From Gammaproteobacteria bacterium (GTDB lineage Bacteria > Pseudomonadota > Gammaproteobacteria > S144-34), in contig JALSJE010000021.1 in assembly GCA_026989495.1 (NCBI GenBank), positions 17,239 through 81,238 of the forward strand: a stretch of DNA of 64,000 bases, in the 5' to 3' direction. Shown here one piece after another: positions 31,026-42,981 of the stretch (position 1 is its first letter; every line of letters starts with the position of its first letter). The position numbers and the translations under genes were made by a program. The notes beneath the pieces were generated by a model. That model did not search any database and was not told the DNA's origin. It was given only the letters and a program-made list of their open reading frames with translations.

Positions 31026-31760
31026 TCAGCCGAGGTCGCCGTAGAGGGCCTGGAGGGCGGCCAGCGCCGCGAGCCCCGCAGTCTCGGTACGGAGGATCCG
31101 CGGCCCCAGCCGCAGGCCCGTGAAGCCGGCCGCGCGCGCCGCCGCCCGCTCCCCCTCCGTGAGCCCACCCTCGGGCCCGACCAGCAGCGCGAGGTGACCA
31201 TCCTGGGCGTCGAGGCCCCGCGGCCCCTGCCGGGCATCCGGATCCAGGAGATAGCGCCGGCCGGGCAGCGCGGGATCCGCGAAGGCCTCGGCCAGCGGCC
31301 GCGGCGCCGTCACCTCGGGCACCACGGCCCGCCCGCACTGCTCGGCCGCGGCCGCGGCCACGCCCTGCCAGCGTGCCCGGCGGCGCGCCGCGCGTGCCCC
31401 GTCGAGGCGCGGGACGCTGCGCGCCGTGAGCACGGGCACGATGCGCGCCGCACCCAGCTCCACCGCCTTCTGCACCACGAGGTCCATGCGCTCGCCCTTG
31501 CACACGCCCTGCAGGAGCGTGACGGCCAGCGGGCTCTCCGGGCGCGGGGCCACCGGCGCCAGCACGCGCACGCGCGCCTCGCCGCGACGCGTCTCGAGCA
31601 GCTCGGCCGCGTGCTCACGTCCGGCGCCGTCGAAGAGGCGCAGCCGCGCCCCGGCGCGCAGCCGGAGCACCTGCGCCACGTGCCGTGCCGCCGCGGGGGG
31701 CAGCACGACCTCGGTGCCCTCCGCGAGCGGCGCCGGCACATGGATGCGCGGAATCCTCAT
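31026..31760 (-). CDS. rsmE: 16S rRNA (uracil1498-N3)-methyltransferase RsmE
   Basis: 244 aa from MRIPRIHVP, with a PUA-like N-terminus and a SPOUT domain (LLVGPEGGLTEGE). Confidence 0.85.
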   Translation of the reverse strand: MRIPRIHVPAPLAEGTEVVLPPAAARHVAQVLRLRAGARLRLFDGAGREHAAELLETRRGEARVRVLAPVAPRPESPLAVTLLQGVCKGERMDLVVQKAVELGAARIVPVLTARSVPRLDGARAARRRARWQGVAAAAAEQCGRAVVPEVTAPRPLAEAFADPALPGRRYLLDPDARQGPRGLDAQDGHLALLVGPEGGLTEGERAAARAAGFTGLRLGPRILRTETAGLAALAALQALYGDLG

Positions 31761-31861
31761 GGGCACGAAGTTTGCGCAGGGCGTATGCGGCTTGCGATTG
31801 CCTGACTGTGCGGGACGAGGACACCCTCCTGCCCTGGTCCGTCGACCGCAAACCGTAAACT

Positions 31862-33211
31862 TCAGTCGCGCGTGGCGATATCGATCCCCTCCGCCGCCAC
31901 CTCGACCATGAGATCGATCTCCTCCTCGGTGATCACGTAGGGCGGCATGAAGTAGACCACGTTGCCCAGCGGCCGCAGCAGCACACCGCGGGCGAGCCCG
32001 TGCTCGTAGACGCGCAGCCCGCGCCGCTCCTGCCAGGGATAGGGCTCGCGGCGCGCCTTGTCGCGCACCAGCTCGACGGCGAGGATCATGCCGGTCTGGC
32101 GCACCTCGCCCACGTGCGGATGGTCGGCGAGCGGGGCCGCCGCCGCGGCCATGCGCGCCGCGAGCCGGCGGTTGCGCTCGAGCACGGGCTCGGACTCGAA
32201 GATGTCGAGGGTGGCGAGCGCCGCCGCGCACCCCAGGGGGTTGCCCGTGTAGCTGTGCGAATGGAGGAAGGCGCGCAGGTTCCGATAGTCGTCGTAGAAG
32301 GCCCCGTAGACCTCGTCCGTGGTGAGCACCGCCGCCAGCGGCAGGAAGCCGCCGGTGAGCCCCTTGGACAGGCAAAGGAAGTCAGGCCGGATGCCGGCCT
32401 GCTCGCAGGCGAACAGCGTTCCCGTGCGCCCGAAGCCCACCGCGATCTCGTCGGCGATCAGGTGCACGCGATGGCGGTCGCAGGCCTCGCGGAGCAGCCG
32501 CAGGTAGACCGGGTGGTACATGCGCATGTGGCCGGCGCACTGCACCAGCGGCTCGACGATGACGGCGCACACCTCGCCCGCGTGGCGCGCGAGCGCCTCC
32601 TCCATGTGCGAGAACATGCGCCGGCTGTGCTCCTCCCAGGAGACGCCGGGCTCGCGCAGGTAGCAGTCGGGCGAGGGGACCGTGATCGGGCGCATGAGCA
32701 GCGGCTCGTAGGTCTCCTTGTAGAGGGCCACGTCGCCCACGGCGAGCGCGCCCAGGGTCTCGCCGTGGTAGCTGTTGGAGAGGTTGATGAAGCGCGTGCG
32801 CCCGGCCTCACCGCGGTTGCGCCAGTAGTGGAAGCTCATCTTGAGCGCCACCTCGACGGCGGACGAGCCGTTGTCGGCGTAGAAGCAGCGCGTGAGCCCC
32901 TTGGGCGCGATGCGCACGAGGCGCTCCGAGAGCCGGATCACGGGCTCGTGCGTGAAGCCCGCGAGCAGCACGTGCTCCAGGCGCGCGGCCTGCTCCGCCA
33001 CCGCCTGCGCGATGCGCGGATGGGCGTGGCCGAACAGGTTCACCCACCAGGAGCTGATGGCGTCCAGGTAGCGGCGCCCGTCGAAGTCCTCCAGCCACAC
33101 GCCCTCGGCGCGCCGGATGGGGATGAGCGGCAGGCGCTCGTGGTCCTTCATCTGGGTGCAGGGATGCCACACAACCGCGAGGTCGCGCGACTGCCACTCG
33201 CGGTTGGCCAT
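31862..33211 (-). CDS. bioA: adenosylmethionine-8-amino-7-oxononanoate aminotransferase
   Basis: 449 aa from MANREWQSRDL. Class III aminotransferase with the PLP-lysine region IADEIAVGFGRTG...LCLSKGLTGG. Confidence 0.9.
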   Translation of the reverse strand: MANREWQSRDLAVVWHPCTQMKDHERLPLIPIRRAEGVWLEDFDGRRYLDAISSWWVNLFGHAHPRIAQAVAEQAARLEHVLLAGFTHEPVIRLSERLVRIAPKGLTRCFYADNGSSAVEVALKMSFHYWRNRGEAGRTRFINLSNSYHGETLGALAVGDVALYKETYEPLLMRPITVPSPDCYLREPGVSWEEHSRRMFSHMEEALARHAGEVCAVIVEPLVQCAGHMRMYHPVYLRLLREACDRHRVHLIADEIAVGFGRTGTLFACEQAGIRPDFLCLSKGLTGGFLPLAAVLTTDEVYGAFYDDYRNLRAFLHSHSYTGNPLGCAAALATLDIFESEPVLERNRRLAARMAAAAAPLADHPHVGEVRQTGMILAVELVRDKARREPYPWQERRGLRVYEHGLARGVLLRPLGNVVYFMPPYVITEEEIDLMVEVAAEGIDIATRD

Positions 33212-33221
33212 GGCCGGCGCC

Positions 33222-34097
33222 TCAGGAAGCCGTGCCGGCCGCCGGGCGCGGCAGGCCGAGCCGCTCCCAGATGGCGAGCACGGGCCCGGCGCGGTTGAGC
33301 GTGTAGAAGTGCAGCCCCGGGGCGCCCGCCTCCAGCAGCCGTCGGCAGAGATCGGCCACCACGTCGGCGCCGAAGGCGCGCAGCGATTCCAGGTCGTCGC
33401 CGTAGGCCTCCAGGCGCTTGCGGATCCAGCGCGGGATCTCCGCGCCGCAGGCGTCGGAGAAGCGCGCGAGCTGGGCATGATTGGTGATGGGCATGATGCC
33501 GGGCACGATCGGGATGGCCAGCCCCATGCGCTCGCAGTCGGTCACGAAGCGGAAGTAGGCGTCGGCGTTGTAGAAGTACTGGGTGATGGCCGAGTCGGCG
33601 CCCGCCTCGACCTTGCGCCGGAAGTGCTCGAGGTCGGCCTGGGCGCTGGGGGCCTGGGGATGGAACTCCGGGTAGGCGGCCACCTCGATGTGGAAGTGCG
33701 CGCCCGTGGTCTCGCGGATGAAGGCAACGAGCTCGTTGGCGTAGCGCAGCTCCCCGGGCTCGACCATGCCCGAGGGGAGGTCGCCGCGCAGGGCCACGAG
33801 GCGCCGGATGCCGGCCGCGCGGTAGCGCTCGAGGAGTTCCGCGATGGCCGCGCGCGTGGAGCCGATGCAGGACAGGTGCGGCGCAACCGGCACACCGGAA
33901 TCGCGCTGTATGGCGAGCACGGTCTCGAGCGTGCGCTCGCGCGTGGAGCCGCCCGCGCCATAGGTCACGGAGAAGAAGGCCGGCCGCAGCGGCGCGAGCG
34001 CCTGCCAGGCCGCACGCAGGCGCGCCTCACCCTCCGCCGTCTTGGGCGGGAAGAACTCGAAGCTGAAGACCTGCGGGAAGCGGCGCTGTGTCTCCAT
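33222..34097 (-). CDS. metF: 5,10-methylenetetrahydrofolate reductase
   Basis: 291 aa matching MetF (FSFEFFPPKT...SVTYGAGGS). Confidence 0.9.
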   Translation of the reverse strand: METQRRFPQVFSFEFFPPKTAEGEARLRAAWQALAPLRPAFFSVTYGAGGSTRERTLETVLAIQRDSGVPVAPHLSCIGSTRAAIAELLERYRAAGIRRLVALRGDLPSGMVEPGELRYANELVAFIRETTGAHFHIEVAAYPEFHPQAPSAQADLEHFRRKVEAGADSAITQYFYNADAYFRFVTDCERMGLAIPIVPGIMPITNHAQLARFSDACGAEIPRWIRKRLEAYGDDLESLRAFGADVVADLCRRLLEAGAPGLHFYTLNRAGPVLAIWERLGLPRPAAGTAS

Positions 34098-34185
34098 CGC
34101 GGAGGACGGCTGGCTGACGCCAGCCAGCAGTCGACAGCCTACGGTTTACGGTGGACCGTAAACTGCCAGCTGTAGACTGTAAACC

Positions 34186-35604
34186 TCAGTAGCGGTAATG
34201 GTCGGGCTTGTAGGGCCCGTCCACCGGCACGCCGATGTACTCGGCCTGCTCGGGCGTGAGCCGCGTGAGCCTGGCGCCGAGCTTGTCCAGGTGCAGGCGC
34301 GCCACCTTCTCGTCGAGCTTCTTGGGCAGCATGTAGACCTTGCGCTCGTAACGCTCGGGGTGGTTCCAGAGCTCGATCTGGGCGATGACCTGGTTGGTGA
34401 AGGAGGCCGACATGACGAAGGAAGGGTGCCCGGTGGCGCAGCCCAGGTTCACCAGCCGTCCCTCGGCGAGCAGGATGATCTTCTTGCCGTCGGGGAAGAT
34501 GACGTGGTCCACCTGGGGCTTGATGTTCTCCCAGCGGTACTGGCGCAGGCTCGCCACGTCGATCTCGGAGTCGAAGTGGCCGATGTTGCAGACGATGGCC
34601 TCGTCCTTCATGCGCAGCATGTGCTCGTGGGTGATGACGTTCACGTTGCCGGTGGCGGTGACGAAGATGTCGGCCGTCCCGCAGGCCTCGTCCATGGTCA
34701 CCACCCGGTAGCCCTCCATGAGGGCCTGCAGGGCGCAGATGGGGTCGATCTCGGTCACCCACACGGTGGCGCCCATGCCGCGCAGGGCCTGGGCGCAGCC
34801 CTTGCCCACCTCGCCATAGCCGCACACCACGGCGATCTTGCCGGCGATCATGACGTCGGTGGCGCGCTTGATGCCGTCGATGAGCGACTCGCGGCAGCCG
34901 TAGGTGTTGTCGAACTTGGACTTGGTGACGGAGTCGTTGACGTTGATGGCAGGGAACAGCAGCCGCCCCTCCTCGGCCATCTGGTAGAGGCGGTGCACGC
35001 CGGTGGTGGTCTCCTCCGTCACGCCGCGGATGCTGCGCGCGAGCTGCGCGTACCAGCCGGGCCGCTCCTCGAGGCGGCGGCGGATGGCGGCATACAGCAC
35101 GCGCTCCTCCTCGCTCTGCGGATCGTCCAGCACGCCCGGATCCTGCTCGGCACGCACGCCCAGATGCACCAGGAGGGTGGCGTCGCCGCCGTCGTCCAGG
35201 ATCATGTTGGCGGTGCCGCCGTCGTGCCACTCGAAGATGCGGTGCACGAAATCCCAGTACTCCTCCAGGCTCTCGCCCTTGTAGGCGAAGACCGGGATGC
35301 CGCGCGCGGCCATGGCGGCGGCTGCGTGATCCTGGGTGGAAAAGATGTTGCACGAGGCCCAGCGCACCTCCGCCCCCAGCTCCACCAGGGTCTCGATGAG
35401 CACCGCCGTCTGGATGGTCATGTGCAGGCAGCCGGCGATGCGGGCGCCGGCGAGCGGCTTGCGCCCGCGGTACTCCTCGCGCACCGCCATGAGGCCGGGC
35501 ATCTCGGTCTCGGCGATGCGGATCTCCTTGCGGCCCCACTCGGCCATGGAGAGGTCCTTGACGTGGTAGTCGGGCTCGCGCTCGCGTGCGGGCTGGCTGC
35601 TCAT
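34186..35604 (-). CDS. ahcY: adenosylhomocysteinase
   Basis: 472 aa from MSSQPARE matching SAH hydrolase along its length ([13 protein letters not shown] site, HFDSEID). Confidence 0.95.
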   Translation of the reverse strand: MSSQPAREREPDYHVKDLSMAEWGRKEIRIAETEMPGLMAVREEYRGRKPLAGARIAGCLHMTIQTAVLIETLVELGAEVRWASCNIFSTQDHAAAAMAARGIPVFAYKGESLEEYWDFVHRIFEWHDGGTANMILDDGGDATLLVHLGVRAEQDPGVLDDPQSEEERVLYAAIRRRLEERPGWYAQLARSIRGVTEETTTGVHRLYQMAEEGRLLFPAINVNDSVTKSKFDNTYGCRESLIDGIKRATDVMIAGKIAVVCGYGEVGKGCAQALRGMGATVWVTEIDPICALQALMEGYRVVTMDEACGTADIFVTATGNVNVITHEHMLRMKDEAIVCNIGHFDSEIDVASLRQYRWENIKPQVDHVIFPDGKKIILLAEGRLVNLGCATGHPSFVMSASFTNQVIAQIELWNHPERYERKVYMLPKKLDEKVARLHLDKLGARLTRLTPEQAEYIGVPVDGPYKPDHYRY

Positions 35605-35669
35605 CGCGGCTCCTCCCTCGCTGATGCGGCGCGGACGCCGGTGCGGCGTCCGCCAGGTTCTTGGACTGC

Positions 35670-35830
35670 TGGAAACTCTGATCAATCCGCTGCGCGGATT
35701 GATCAGCGCGATAGTGCTTCGCGGTCCATTTCGATTTTTCACGTGTCGTCATGGACTTCCCTGTGCATGGGCCGTCCCGCGGCCGTCCGTGGCCGCGGGA
35801 AAGGTCTGAAAAATCGGATTTTCAGACCTT
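35670..35830 (-). repeat. structured intergenic repeat, copy A (4 hairpins), in the ahcY 5' leader / after metK
   Basis: ggaaactctgatcaatccgcTGCGCgcggattgatcag ... catgcacagggaagtccatg ... cccgcggccGTCCGTggccgcggg ... ggtctgaaaaatcggattttcagacc. Nearly identical to the copies at 38030 and 45789 (the latter inverted). Confidence 0.8.
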
Positions 35831-35860
35831 TCTGCTGAATTCTAGCCCGGGCCGTCCGGC

Positions 35861-37039
35861 TCAGGCGCTGCGCGCCTCCGGCAACCCGGCGTCGGCCCGC
35901 AGGGCCTCGGCCTTGTCGGCGCGCTCCCAGGTGAACTCGGGCTCGGGCCGGCCGAAGTGCCCGTAGGCGGCGGTCGCGCGGTAGATCGGCCGCAGCAGGT
36001 CCAGCATCTCGATGATGCCGCCCGGGCGCAGGTCGAAGTGGGCGCGCACGAGCTCGGCGATGCGCTCGTCCGGGATGCGTCCGGTGCCGAAGGTCTGCAC
36101 GCTCACCGAAGTGGGCTCGGCCACGCCGATGGCGTAGGAGACCTGAATCTCGCAGCGGGCGGCGAGCCCCGCCGCCACGATGTTCTTGGCCACGTAGCGC
36201 CCCGCATAGGCCGCCGAGCGGTCCACCTTGGAGGGATCCTTGCCCGAGAAGGCTCCGCCGCCGTGGCGGGCCATGCCGCCGTAGGTGTCGACGATGATCT
36301 TGCGGCCGGTGAGGCCGGCATCGCCCACGGGCCCGCCGATGACGAAGCGGCCGGTAGGGTTGATGTGGTAGCGGGTGCCGGCATGCAGCCATTCGGCCGG
36401 CAGCACCGGCTTGATGATCTCCTCCATCACCGCCTCGCGCAGGGTCTCGGCGTGTATCTCGGGCGCGTGCTGGGTGGAGAGCACCACCGCGTCCACCGCC
36501 ACCGGGCGCCCCTCGCGGTAGCGCACCGTCACCTGGCTCTTGGCGTCGGGGCGCAGCCAGGGGAGCGTGCCCGCGCGGCGCAGCTCGGCCTGGCGCTGCA
36601 CCAGGCGGTGCGCGTAGTGTATGGGCGCCGGCATGAGCGCCTCGGTCTCGTCGGTGGCGTAGCCGAACATCATGCCCTGGTCGCCCGCCCCCTGCGTCTT
36701 GGGGTCGCCGCGGTCCACGCCACGGCGGATGTCCGGCGACTGCTTGCCGATGGCGACCAGCACCGCGCAGGTGCGTCCGTCGAAGCCGATCTCGGAGCTG
36801 TCGTAGCCGATCCCGGTGACCGTCTCGCGCACCACCGCCTCGTAGTCCACGCTGGCCGCGGTGGTGATCTCGCCCGCGAGCATCACCAGCCCCGTCTTGA
36901 CCAGGGTCTCGCAGGCCACGCGCGCGTGGCTGTCCTGGGCGAGGATCGCGTCGAGGATCGCGTCCGAGACCTGGTCGGCCACCTTGTCGGGGTGGCCCTC
37001 CGAGACCGACTCCGAGGTGAAGACGTATTCCTGGCTCAT
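35861..37039 (-). CDS. metK: S-adenosylmethionine synthetase
   Basis: 392 aa from [26 protein letters not shown] and the other MetK signatures are present. Confidence 0.95.
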   Translation of the reverse strand: MSQEYVFTSESVSEGHPDKVADQVSDAILDAILAQDSHARVACETLVKTGLVMLAGEITTAASVDYEAVVRETVTGIGYDSSEIGFDGRTCAVLVAIGKQSPDIRRGVDRGDPKTQGAGDQGMMFGYATDETEALMPAPIHYAHRLVQRQAELRRAGTLPWLRPDAKSQVTVRYREGRPVAVDAVVLSTQHAPEIHAETLREAVMEEIIKPVLPAEWLHAGTRYHINPTGRFVIGGPVGDAGLTGRKIIVDTYGGMARHGGGAFSGKDPSKVDRSAAYAGRYVAKNIVAAGLAARCEIQVSYAIGVAEPTSVSVQTFGTGRIPDERIAELVRAHFDLRPGGIIEMLDLLRPIYRATAAYGHFGRPEPEFTWERADKAEALRADAGLPEARSA

Positions 37040-37171
37040 CGTCGCTCCTGCCGGCGGCGGCCGTGGCCGGCCGCCGGATGCCGTGCACGACGCCGCCCGC
37101 GGCCGGGGCCGCGGGCGGCGGCGGACCAAGTCTAGCGCCTCGGGCGTCGGGGCGCACCCGTCCGGGCGGCC

Positions 37172-38002
37172 TCAGCGGTAGCCCCACACCCCCTCGAGGA
37201 GCCGGGCGTAGCCGTCGTAGACCTTGGCGTCGGCCGGCACGAAGCGGGGGAAGTTGATGGCCTTGAGCATGGCCTGGCCCGCAGGGGTCCTGTCGGCCTC
37301 CACGAGGGCCTTGCGGATCGCCTTGCGCACGGGCTCGGGCACGTCGGGCGAGGCCGACATGGCGATGTGGGGCACGGGGTCGGTCGTGGTCACCACGTTG
37401 AGGGGGAAGGCGCCCACCAGCGGCGAGGGCACGATCGCCGCCACGGCCCGCCCCTTCAGCACCGCATCGATCGCCTGGCGCGAGTTGTCCACCTCCACCG
37501 CGACAGGCTGGCGCAGCGGGTTGGGGAAGAGCTGGGAGAGCCGCACCGCGCCCAGGCTCGGCGAGCCTATGGTGGCCACAGTCTTGCCGATCAGCTCGGT
37601 GGGCTCGAGCACGAGCGTGTCCTCGCCGGTGACCAGGCTGTAGCTGACCGTGTCCGGGATCTTGGCCAGCACCACGTAGTCCATGTTCTTGACGCGCCAG
37701 TCCGTGAAATGGGCGGCATCCAGGATCAGGTCATAGTCGCCGCGCTTCATCCGGGCCCAGTAGGCGAGGAAGTTTACGGCGGTCACCAGCCGTATCTGCT
37801 GGCCGGTCGCCCGGCTCAGGTAGTCGGCCAAGGGCTGGAAGGCCGCCCGGGTCTGGGCCGGGGGCAGGATGGGCTGGACGACGAAGGTGTAGGTTTCGGC
37901 CCGCGCCGCCGGCGGGACGAGCGCGCCGGCGCAGGCGGCGACGAGCAGCAGCAGAGCGGCGACCAAGGGTGGCCGCCGGGTGGTGCCGGCCTGGATGCTC
38001 AC
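37172..38002 (-). CDS. periplasmic substrate-binding protein, phosphate/phosphonate-binding (PhnD-like) family
   Basis: About 276 aa from a GTG with a GGAGGG RBS. Has a signal peptide (LVAALLLLVAACAGA) and a type-2 periplasmic-binding fold. The first 14 codons of the longer ORF lie inside repeat copy B and are rejected. Confidence 0.6.
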   Translation of the reverse strand: MSIQAGTTRRPPLVAALLLLVAACAGALVPPAARAETYTFVVQPILPPAQTRAAFQPLADYLSRATGQQIRLVTAVNFLAYWARMKRGDYDLILDAAHFTDWRVKNMDYVVLAKIPDTVSYSLVTGEDTLVLEPTELIGKTVATIGSPSLGAVRLSQLFPNPLRQPVAVEVDNSRQAIDAVLKGRAVAAIVPSPLVGAFPLNVVTTTDPVPHIAMSASPDVPEPVRKAIRKALVEADRTPAGQAMLKAINFPRFVPADAKVYDGYARLLEGVWGYR

Positions 38003-38029
38003 GGAACGACCCTCCGCTTTGCTTCTTTT

Positions 38030-38176
38030 GGAAACTCTGATCATCCGCTGCGCGGACTGATCAGCGCGATGGCGCTTCGCGGTCCATTTCGATTTTTTCT
38101 TTTATCGTCATGCACTTCCCTGTGCATGGGTCCCCGGCCGCGGGAAAGGTCTGAAAAGATCGAATTTTTCAGACCT
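38030..38176 (-). repeat. structured intergenic repeat, copy B (one arm of hairpin 2 deleted)
   Basis: Same element as copy A, with changes in the hairpin loops while the stems are kept. About 30 nt upstream of the PhnD-like GTG start. Confidence 0.8.
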
Positions 38177-38595
38177 TTCTTCCATTACAAGGGATTACAT
38201 CGCGAGTCTAGGTGCGGGCGCACCCGCCCGCAAGGTGGGCGCGGGACCCGTCTGGAGGCAGCGGCAGCGTGCCGCCGACGAGCGGCCCCCAAGAGGGGCT
38301 TATGGGCGCATAGGGCGCGCACGGGGCAGGGGCGGCTGGTTGCACCTTGCCCCCCGCCGGATGCTCAGGGAAAATTGGCGTTTCATCGCACAGCGATGGG
38401 ATGCCTGTGCCGCGGCGCCGAGCGAGGCGCGCCGCGGGGCGCCGGAGCACACAGACAGCGACCATCCCTCTGCCCGGGGTGCGGCCCCGGCGACCCGGAC
38501 CGCCAGGCGGCGGAGGGGCAGGTGCGTTCCGCCACGCCGGGACACGGCGCCGGATTCGGCAAACCGAGGCATTCACGAGAACAGGGGAGGGGGCT

Positions 38596-40596
38596 ATGCC
38601 TTCGCGTAAAGACCTGGCCAACGCGATCCGTGCGCTCAGCATGGACGCGGTCCAGAAGGCCAACTCGGGCCACCCGGGCATGCCCATGGGCATGGCCGAC
38701 ATCGCCGAGGTGCTCTGGAACGACTACCTGCGGCACAACCCGGCCAACCCGAAGTGGTGGGACCGCGACCGTTTCGTGCTGTCCAACGGCCACGGCTCGA
38801 TGCTGCTCTACGCCCTGCTGCACCTGACGGGCTACGATCTCGGCATCGAGGACATCAAGCGCTTCCGACAGCTCCACTCCAAGACCCCGGGCCATCCCGA
38901 GTACGGAATCACCCCCGGCGTCGAGACCACCACCGGCCCCCTCGGCCAGGGCATCACCAACGCCGTCGGCATGGCGCTGGCCGAGAAGGTGCTGGCCGCG
39001 CGCTACAACCGCGACGGCCACACCATCGTGGACCACTGGACCTACGTCTTCCTCGGCGATGGCTGCCTCATGGAGGGCATCTCCCACGAGGCCTGCTCGC
39101 TCGCCGGCACCTGGGGCCTGGGCAAGCTCATCGCCTTCTACGACGACAACGGCATCTCCATCGACGGCCACGTCGAGGGCTGGTTCACCGACGACACGCC
39201 CAAGCGCTTCGAGGCCTACGGCTGGCACGTCATCCCGGGCGTGGACGGCCACGACCCCGAGGCCATCCGCAAGGCCATCGAGGCCGCACGCGCGGTCCCC
39301 GACAAGCCCTCGCTCATCTGCTGCAAGACCGTCATCGGCTACGGCGCGCCCAACCTCTGCGGCAGCCACGACTGCCACGGCGCCCCCCTGGGCGAGGACG
39401 AGGTGCAGGCCACCCGCGAGAACATCGGCTGGCCGCACCCGCCATTCGTCATCCCCGAGGAGATCTACCAGGGCTGGGACGCGCGCGAGAAGGGTGCCCG
39501 CCTCGAGGCCGAGTGGCGCGAGCGCTTCGAGGCCTATCGCAAGGCCTTCCCGGAGCTCGCCGCCGAGTTCGAACGCCGCATGCGGGGCGAGCTCCCCGGC
39601 GACTGGGCCAAGGAGGCGGCCGAGTACATCGCCAAGGTGGCGGCCGAGGCGAAGGACATGGCCACCCGCAAGGCTTCGCAGGTGGCGCTCGAAGGCTACG
39701 GGCCGAAGCTGCCCGAGCTCATCGGCGGCTCGGCGGATCTCGCCGGCTCCAACAACACCATCTGGTCCGGCTCCAAGGGCATCTCGAAGGACGAGCCGGA
39801 CGGCAACTACGTCTACTACGGCGTGCGCGAGTTCGGCATGTCGGCCATCATGAACGGGCTCGCCCTGCACGGCGGCTTCATCCCTTACGGCGGCACCTTC
39901 CTCGTCTTCTCCGACTACGCGCGCAACGCCGTGCGCATGTCGGCGCTGATGGGGCTGGGCGTGATCTACGTCTATACCCACGACTCCATCGGCCTTGGCG
40001 AGGACGGCCCCACGCACCAGCCCATCGAGCACGTGGCGAGCCTCAGGCTCATCCCCAACCTGCATGTCTGGCGCCCCTGCGATGGCGCCGAGACGGCCGT
40101 GGCCTGGCGCGCGGCCATCGAGCGGCGCGACGGGCCCACGGCGCTGGTGCTCACGCGCCAGGGCCTCAAGGCCCAGAGCCGCACGCCCGGGCAGGTCGAG
40201 GCCATCGCCCGCGGCGGCTACGTGCTTTCCGACTGCGAGGGCGAGCCCGAGGCGATCGTCATCGCCACCGGTTCCGAGGTGGCGCTGGCGCTGGAGGCGC
40301 AGAAGCTGCTGGCCGGGAAGGGCCGGCGCGTGCGCGTGGTCTCCCTGCCCTGCGCCGAGGTCTTCGACGCCCAGGACGAGGCCTGGCGCGAGTCCGTGCT
40401 GCCCTCGTCCGTGCAGGCCCGGGTGGCGGTCGAGGCGGGCACCACGCCCTGGTGGTACCGCTACGTCGGCTGCCGCGGCCGGGTGATCGGCATCGACCGT
40501 TTCGGCGAGTCGGCGCCGGGCAAGGCGCTGTTCGAGCATTTCGGCTTCACGGCCGAGAACGTGGCGCGCGCCGTCGAGGAGGTGCTCGGCGGCTGA
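38596..40596 (+). CDS. tkt: transketolase
   Basis: 666 aa from [28 protein letters not shown], with the ThDP motif [10 protein letters not shown]. Confidence 0.95.
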   Translation: MPSRKDLANAIRALSMDAVQKANSGHPGMPMGMADIAEVLWNDYLRHNPANPKWWDRDRFVLSNGHGSMLLYALLHLTGYDLGIEDIKRFRQLHSKTPGHPEYGITPGVETTTGPLGQGITNAVGMALAEKVLAARYNRDGHTIVDHWTYVFLGDGCLMEGISHEACSLAGTWGLGKLIAFYDDNGISIDGHVEGWFTDDTPKRFEAYGWHVIPGVDGHDPEAIRKAIEAARAVPDKPSLICCKTVIGYGAPNLCGSHDCHGAPLGEDEVQATRENIGWPHPPFVIPEEIYQGWDAREKGARLEAEWRERFEAYRKAFPELAAEFERRMRGELPGDWAKEAAEYIAKVAAEAKDMATRKASQVALEGYGPKLPELIGGSADLAGSNNTIWSGSKGISKDEPDGNYVYYGVREFGMSAIMNGLALHGGFIPYGGTFLVFSDYARNAVRMSALMGLGVIYVYTHDSIGLGEDGPTHQPIEHVASLRLIPNLHVWRPCDGAETAVAWRAAIERRDGPTALVLTRQGLKAQSRTPGQVEAIARGGYVLSDCEGEPEAIVIATGSEVALALEAQKLLAGKGRRVRVVSLPCAEVFDAQDEAWRESVLPSSVQARVAVEAGTTPWWYRYVGCRGRVIGIDRFGESAPGKALFEHFGFTAENVARAVEEVLGG

Positions 40597-40668
40597 GCGT
40601 GCGCAGGCTCACGGGCGGGCGGTAGGGAGCCGTCCGCCCCGGGTACGGCATCTGCGAGGAGAGAAGCA

Positions 40669-41682
40669 ATGGCGATCAAGGTTGCGATCAACGGGTTCGG
40701 CCGCATCGGCCGCAACGTCCTGCGGGCCCTGTACGAGGCGGGGCGCACCAACGAGATCCAGATCGTTGCCATCAACGATCTGGGCAACGCCCAGACCAAT
40801 GCGCATCTGACCCGCTACGACACGGTGCACGGCCGCTTCGCCGGCAGCGTGGAGGTGGACGGCGACTACCTCGTGGTCAACGGCGACCGCATCCGCGTGC
40901 TGGCCGAGCGCGACCCCTCCAAGCTCCCCTGGGGCGAGCTGGGCATCGACGTGGTGATGGAGTGCACGGGGCTGTTCACCTCCAAGGAGAAGTCCATGCC
41001 CCACATCCAGGCCGGGGCCAGGAAGGTGCTGATCTCGGCCCCCGGTGGCAAGGACGTGGACGCCACCGTGGTCTATGGCGTCAACCACCACGTCCTCAAG
41101 GCCGAGCACCAGGTGGTCTCCAACGCCTCCTGCACCACCAACTGCCTCGCCCCGCTGGTCAAGCCGCTGCACGAGAAGATCGGCGTGGTGCGCGGCCTCA
41201 TGACCACCATCCACTCCTACACCAACGATCAGGTCCTGATCGACGTCTACCACAAGGACCTGCGCCGCGCGCGCTCGGCCACCCAGTCGCAGATCCCGAC
41301 CAAGACCGGTGCCGCCGCCGCCGTGGGCCTGGTGCTGCCCGAGCTCAACGGCAAGCTCGACGGCTTCGCCGTGCGCGTGCCCACCATCAATGTCTCGCTG
41401 GTGGACCTCACCTTCGAGGCCGCGCGCGACACCTCCATCGACGAGATCAACGCGGTGCTGAAGGGGGCGGCCGAGGGCGAGCTCAAGGGCATTCTCGCCT
41501 ACAACGAGGAGCCGCTGGTCTCCATGGACTTCAACCACACCACGGTCTCCTCCACCTACGACGCCACGCTCACGCGCATCATCGACAACCGTCTGGTGAA
41601 GGTCTGCTCCTGGTACGACAACGAGTGGGGCTTCTCCAACCGCATGCTCGACACCTGCGTGGCGATGATGAACGCCAAGTGA
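40669..41682 (+). CDS. gap: glyceraldehyde-3-phosphate dehydrogenase
   Basis: 337 aa with INGFGRIGR and the active-site [10 protein letters not shown]. Confidence 0.95.
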   Translation: MAIKVAINGFGRIGRNVLRALYEAGRTNEIQIVAINDLGNAQTNAHLTRYDTVHGRFAGSVEVDGDYLVVNGDRIRVLAERDPSKLPWGELGIDVVMECTGLFTSKEKSMPHIQAGARKVLISAPGGKDVDATVVYGVNHHVLKAEHQVVSNASCTTNCLAPLVKPLHEKIGVVRGLMTTIHSYTNDQVLIDVYHKDLRRARSATQSQIPTKTGAAAAVGLVLPELNGKLDGFAVRVPTINVSLVDLTFEAARDTSIDEINAVLKGAAEGELKGILAYNEEPLVSMDFNHTTVSSTYDATLTRIIDNRLVKVCSWYDNEWGFSNRMLDTCVAMMNAK

Positions 41683-41764
41683 GACGCAGCGCGTGACCGG
41701 CCGGGGCGCCCGGCGGGCGCCCCGGCCCCGTTTCCTTGCCGGGCTCAGGGGGGATCCAGCCGAG

Positions 41765-42949
41765 ATGTCCGTGATCAAGATGACCGACCTCGACCTCGCG
41801 GGCAAGCGCGTGCTCATCCGCGAGGACCTCAACGTCCCGCTCAAGGACGGCCGGGTGGCCGACGACACCCGCATCCGCGCCTCGTTCCCCACCATCGAGC
41901 ATGCCGTGAAGGCGGGCGCACGCGTGATGCTCATGTCGCACCTGGGCCGGCCCGAGGAGGGTGTCTACGACGAGAAGTACTCGCTGCGGCCCGTGGCCGA
42001 GCACCTCTCCCGGCTCCTCGGCCGCGAGGTGCGTCTCGTCAAGGACTACCTCGACAATCCGCCCGAGGTGGCCGAGGGCGAGGTGGTGGTGCTGGAGAAC
42101 GTGCGCTTCAACAAGGGCGAGAAGAAGGACGACGAGACGCTGGCCCGCGCGTACGCCGCCCTGTGCGACGTCTACGTGATGGATGCCTTCGGCACCGCCC
42201 ACCGCGCCCAGGCCTCCACGCACGGGGTGGCGCGGTTCGCGCCCGTGGCCTGCGCCGGGCCCCTGCTCGCCGCCGAGCTCGAGGCCCTGGGCAAGGCGCT
42301 CGAGGACCCGGCCCGCCCCATGGTCGCCATCGTCGGCGGCTCCAAGGTCTCCACCAAGCTCACCGTGCTGGACGCCCTCTCGCGGAAGGTGGACCAGCTC
42401 ATCGTCGGCGGCGGCATCGCCAACACCTTCATCGCCGCCGCGGGCCATCCGGTGGGCAGGTCGCTCTACGAGCCGGACCTCGTGGCCGAGGCCAAGCGCC
42501 TCATGGAGCAGGCCCGGGCCAAGGGCGGCGAGATCCCCGTCCCCACCGACGTGGTGGTGGCCAAGGAGTTTTCGGAGAGCGCCGCGGCCGTGACCAAGCC
42601 GGTGGACCAGGTGGCCGAGGACGAGATGATCCTCGATATCGGCCCGGAGACGGCCGAGCGCTACGCCCGGATCCTGCAGGGCGCCGGCACCGTCGTGTGG
42701 AACGGCCCCGTGGGCGTGTTCGAGTTCGACCAGTTCGCCGGCGGCACGCGGCGCCTGGCCGAGGCCATCGCCGCCAGCCCCGCCTTCTCCATCGCCGGCG
42801 GCGGCGACACGCTCGCCGCCATCGCCAAGTTCGGCGTGGGCGAGCGCATCTCCTACATCTCCACCGGAGGCGGCGCCTTCCTGGAGTTCCTCGAGGGCAA
42901 GAAGCTGCCCGCGGTGGCGGTGCTCGAGGAGCGGGCGGCGCAGGCGTGA
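41765..42949 (+). CDS. pgk: phosphoglycerate kinase
   Basis: 394 aa from [25 protein letters not shown]. Confidence 0.95.
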   Translation: MSVIKMTDLDLAGKRVLIREDLNVPLKDGRVADDTRIRASFPTIEHAVKAGARVMLMSHLGRPEEGVYDEKYSLRPVAEHLSRLLGREVRLVKDYLDNPPEVAEGEVVVLENVRFNKGEKKDDETLARAYAALCDVYVMDAFGTAHRAQASTHGVARFAPVACAGPLLAAELEALGKALEDPARPMVAIVGGSKVSTKLTVLDALSRKVDQLIVGGGIANTFIAAAGHPVGRSLYEPDLVAEAKRLMEQARAKGGEIPVPTDVVVAKEFSESAAAVTKPVDQVAEDEMILDIGPETAERYARILQGAGTVVWNGPVGVFEFDQFAGGTRRLAEAIAASPAFSIAGGGDTLAAIAKFGVGERISYISTGGGAFLEFLEGKKLPAVAVLEERAAQA

Positions 42950-42981
42950 GGCGGCCGGCGGCGCGGGTGGGGGGCGGCACC

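Noticed and set aside
37040-37171. Possible SAM riboswitch in the metK leader
   Set aside because: The leader is a GC-rich run of palindromic GCCGGC tracts. I could not place the conserved SAM-I/SAM-II/SAM-V pseudoknot or kink-turn motifs by eye. A cmscan run is needed before any call.
38002-38044. Annotated M start of the PhnD-like ORF (MIRVSKRSKAEGRS...)
   Set aside because: These 14 codons lie inside repeat copy B, and the same peptide recurs at the other copies. The real start is more likely the GTG at about 38002, which has a GGAGGG RBS.
38190-38595. Long (about 400 nt) GC-rich leader upstream of tkt as a possible riboswitch or small ORF
   Set aside because: No recognisable riboswitch core. 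The small ORFs there have no RBS and GC-artefact composition. Probably just the divergent promoter region shared with the PhnD-like gene.
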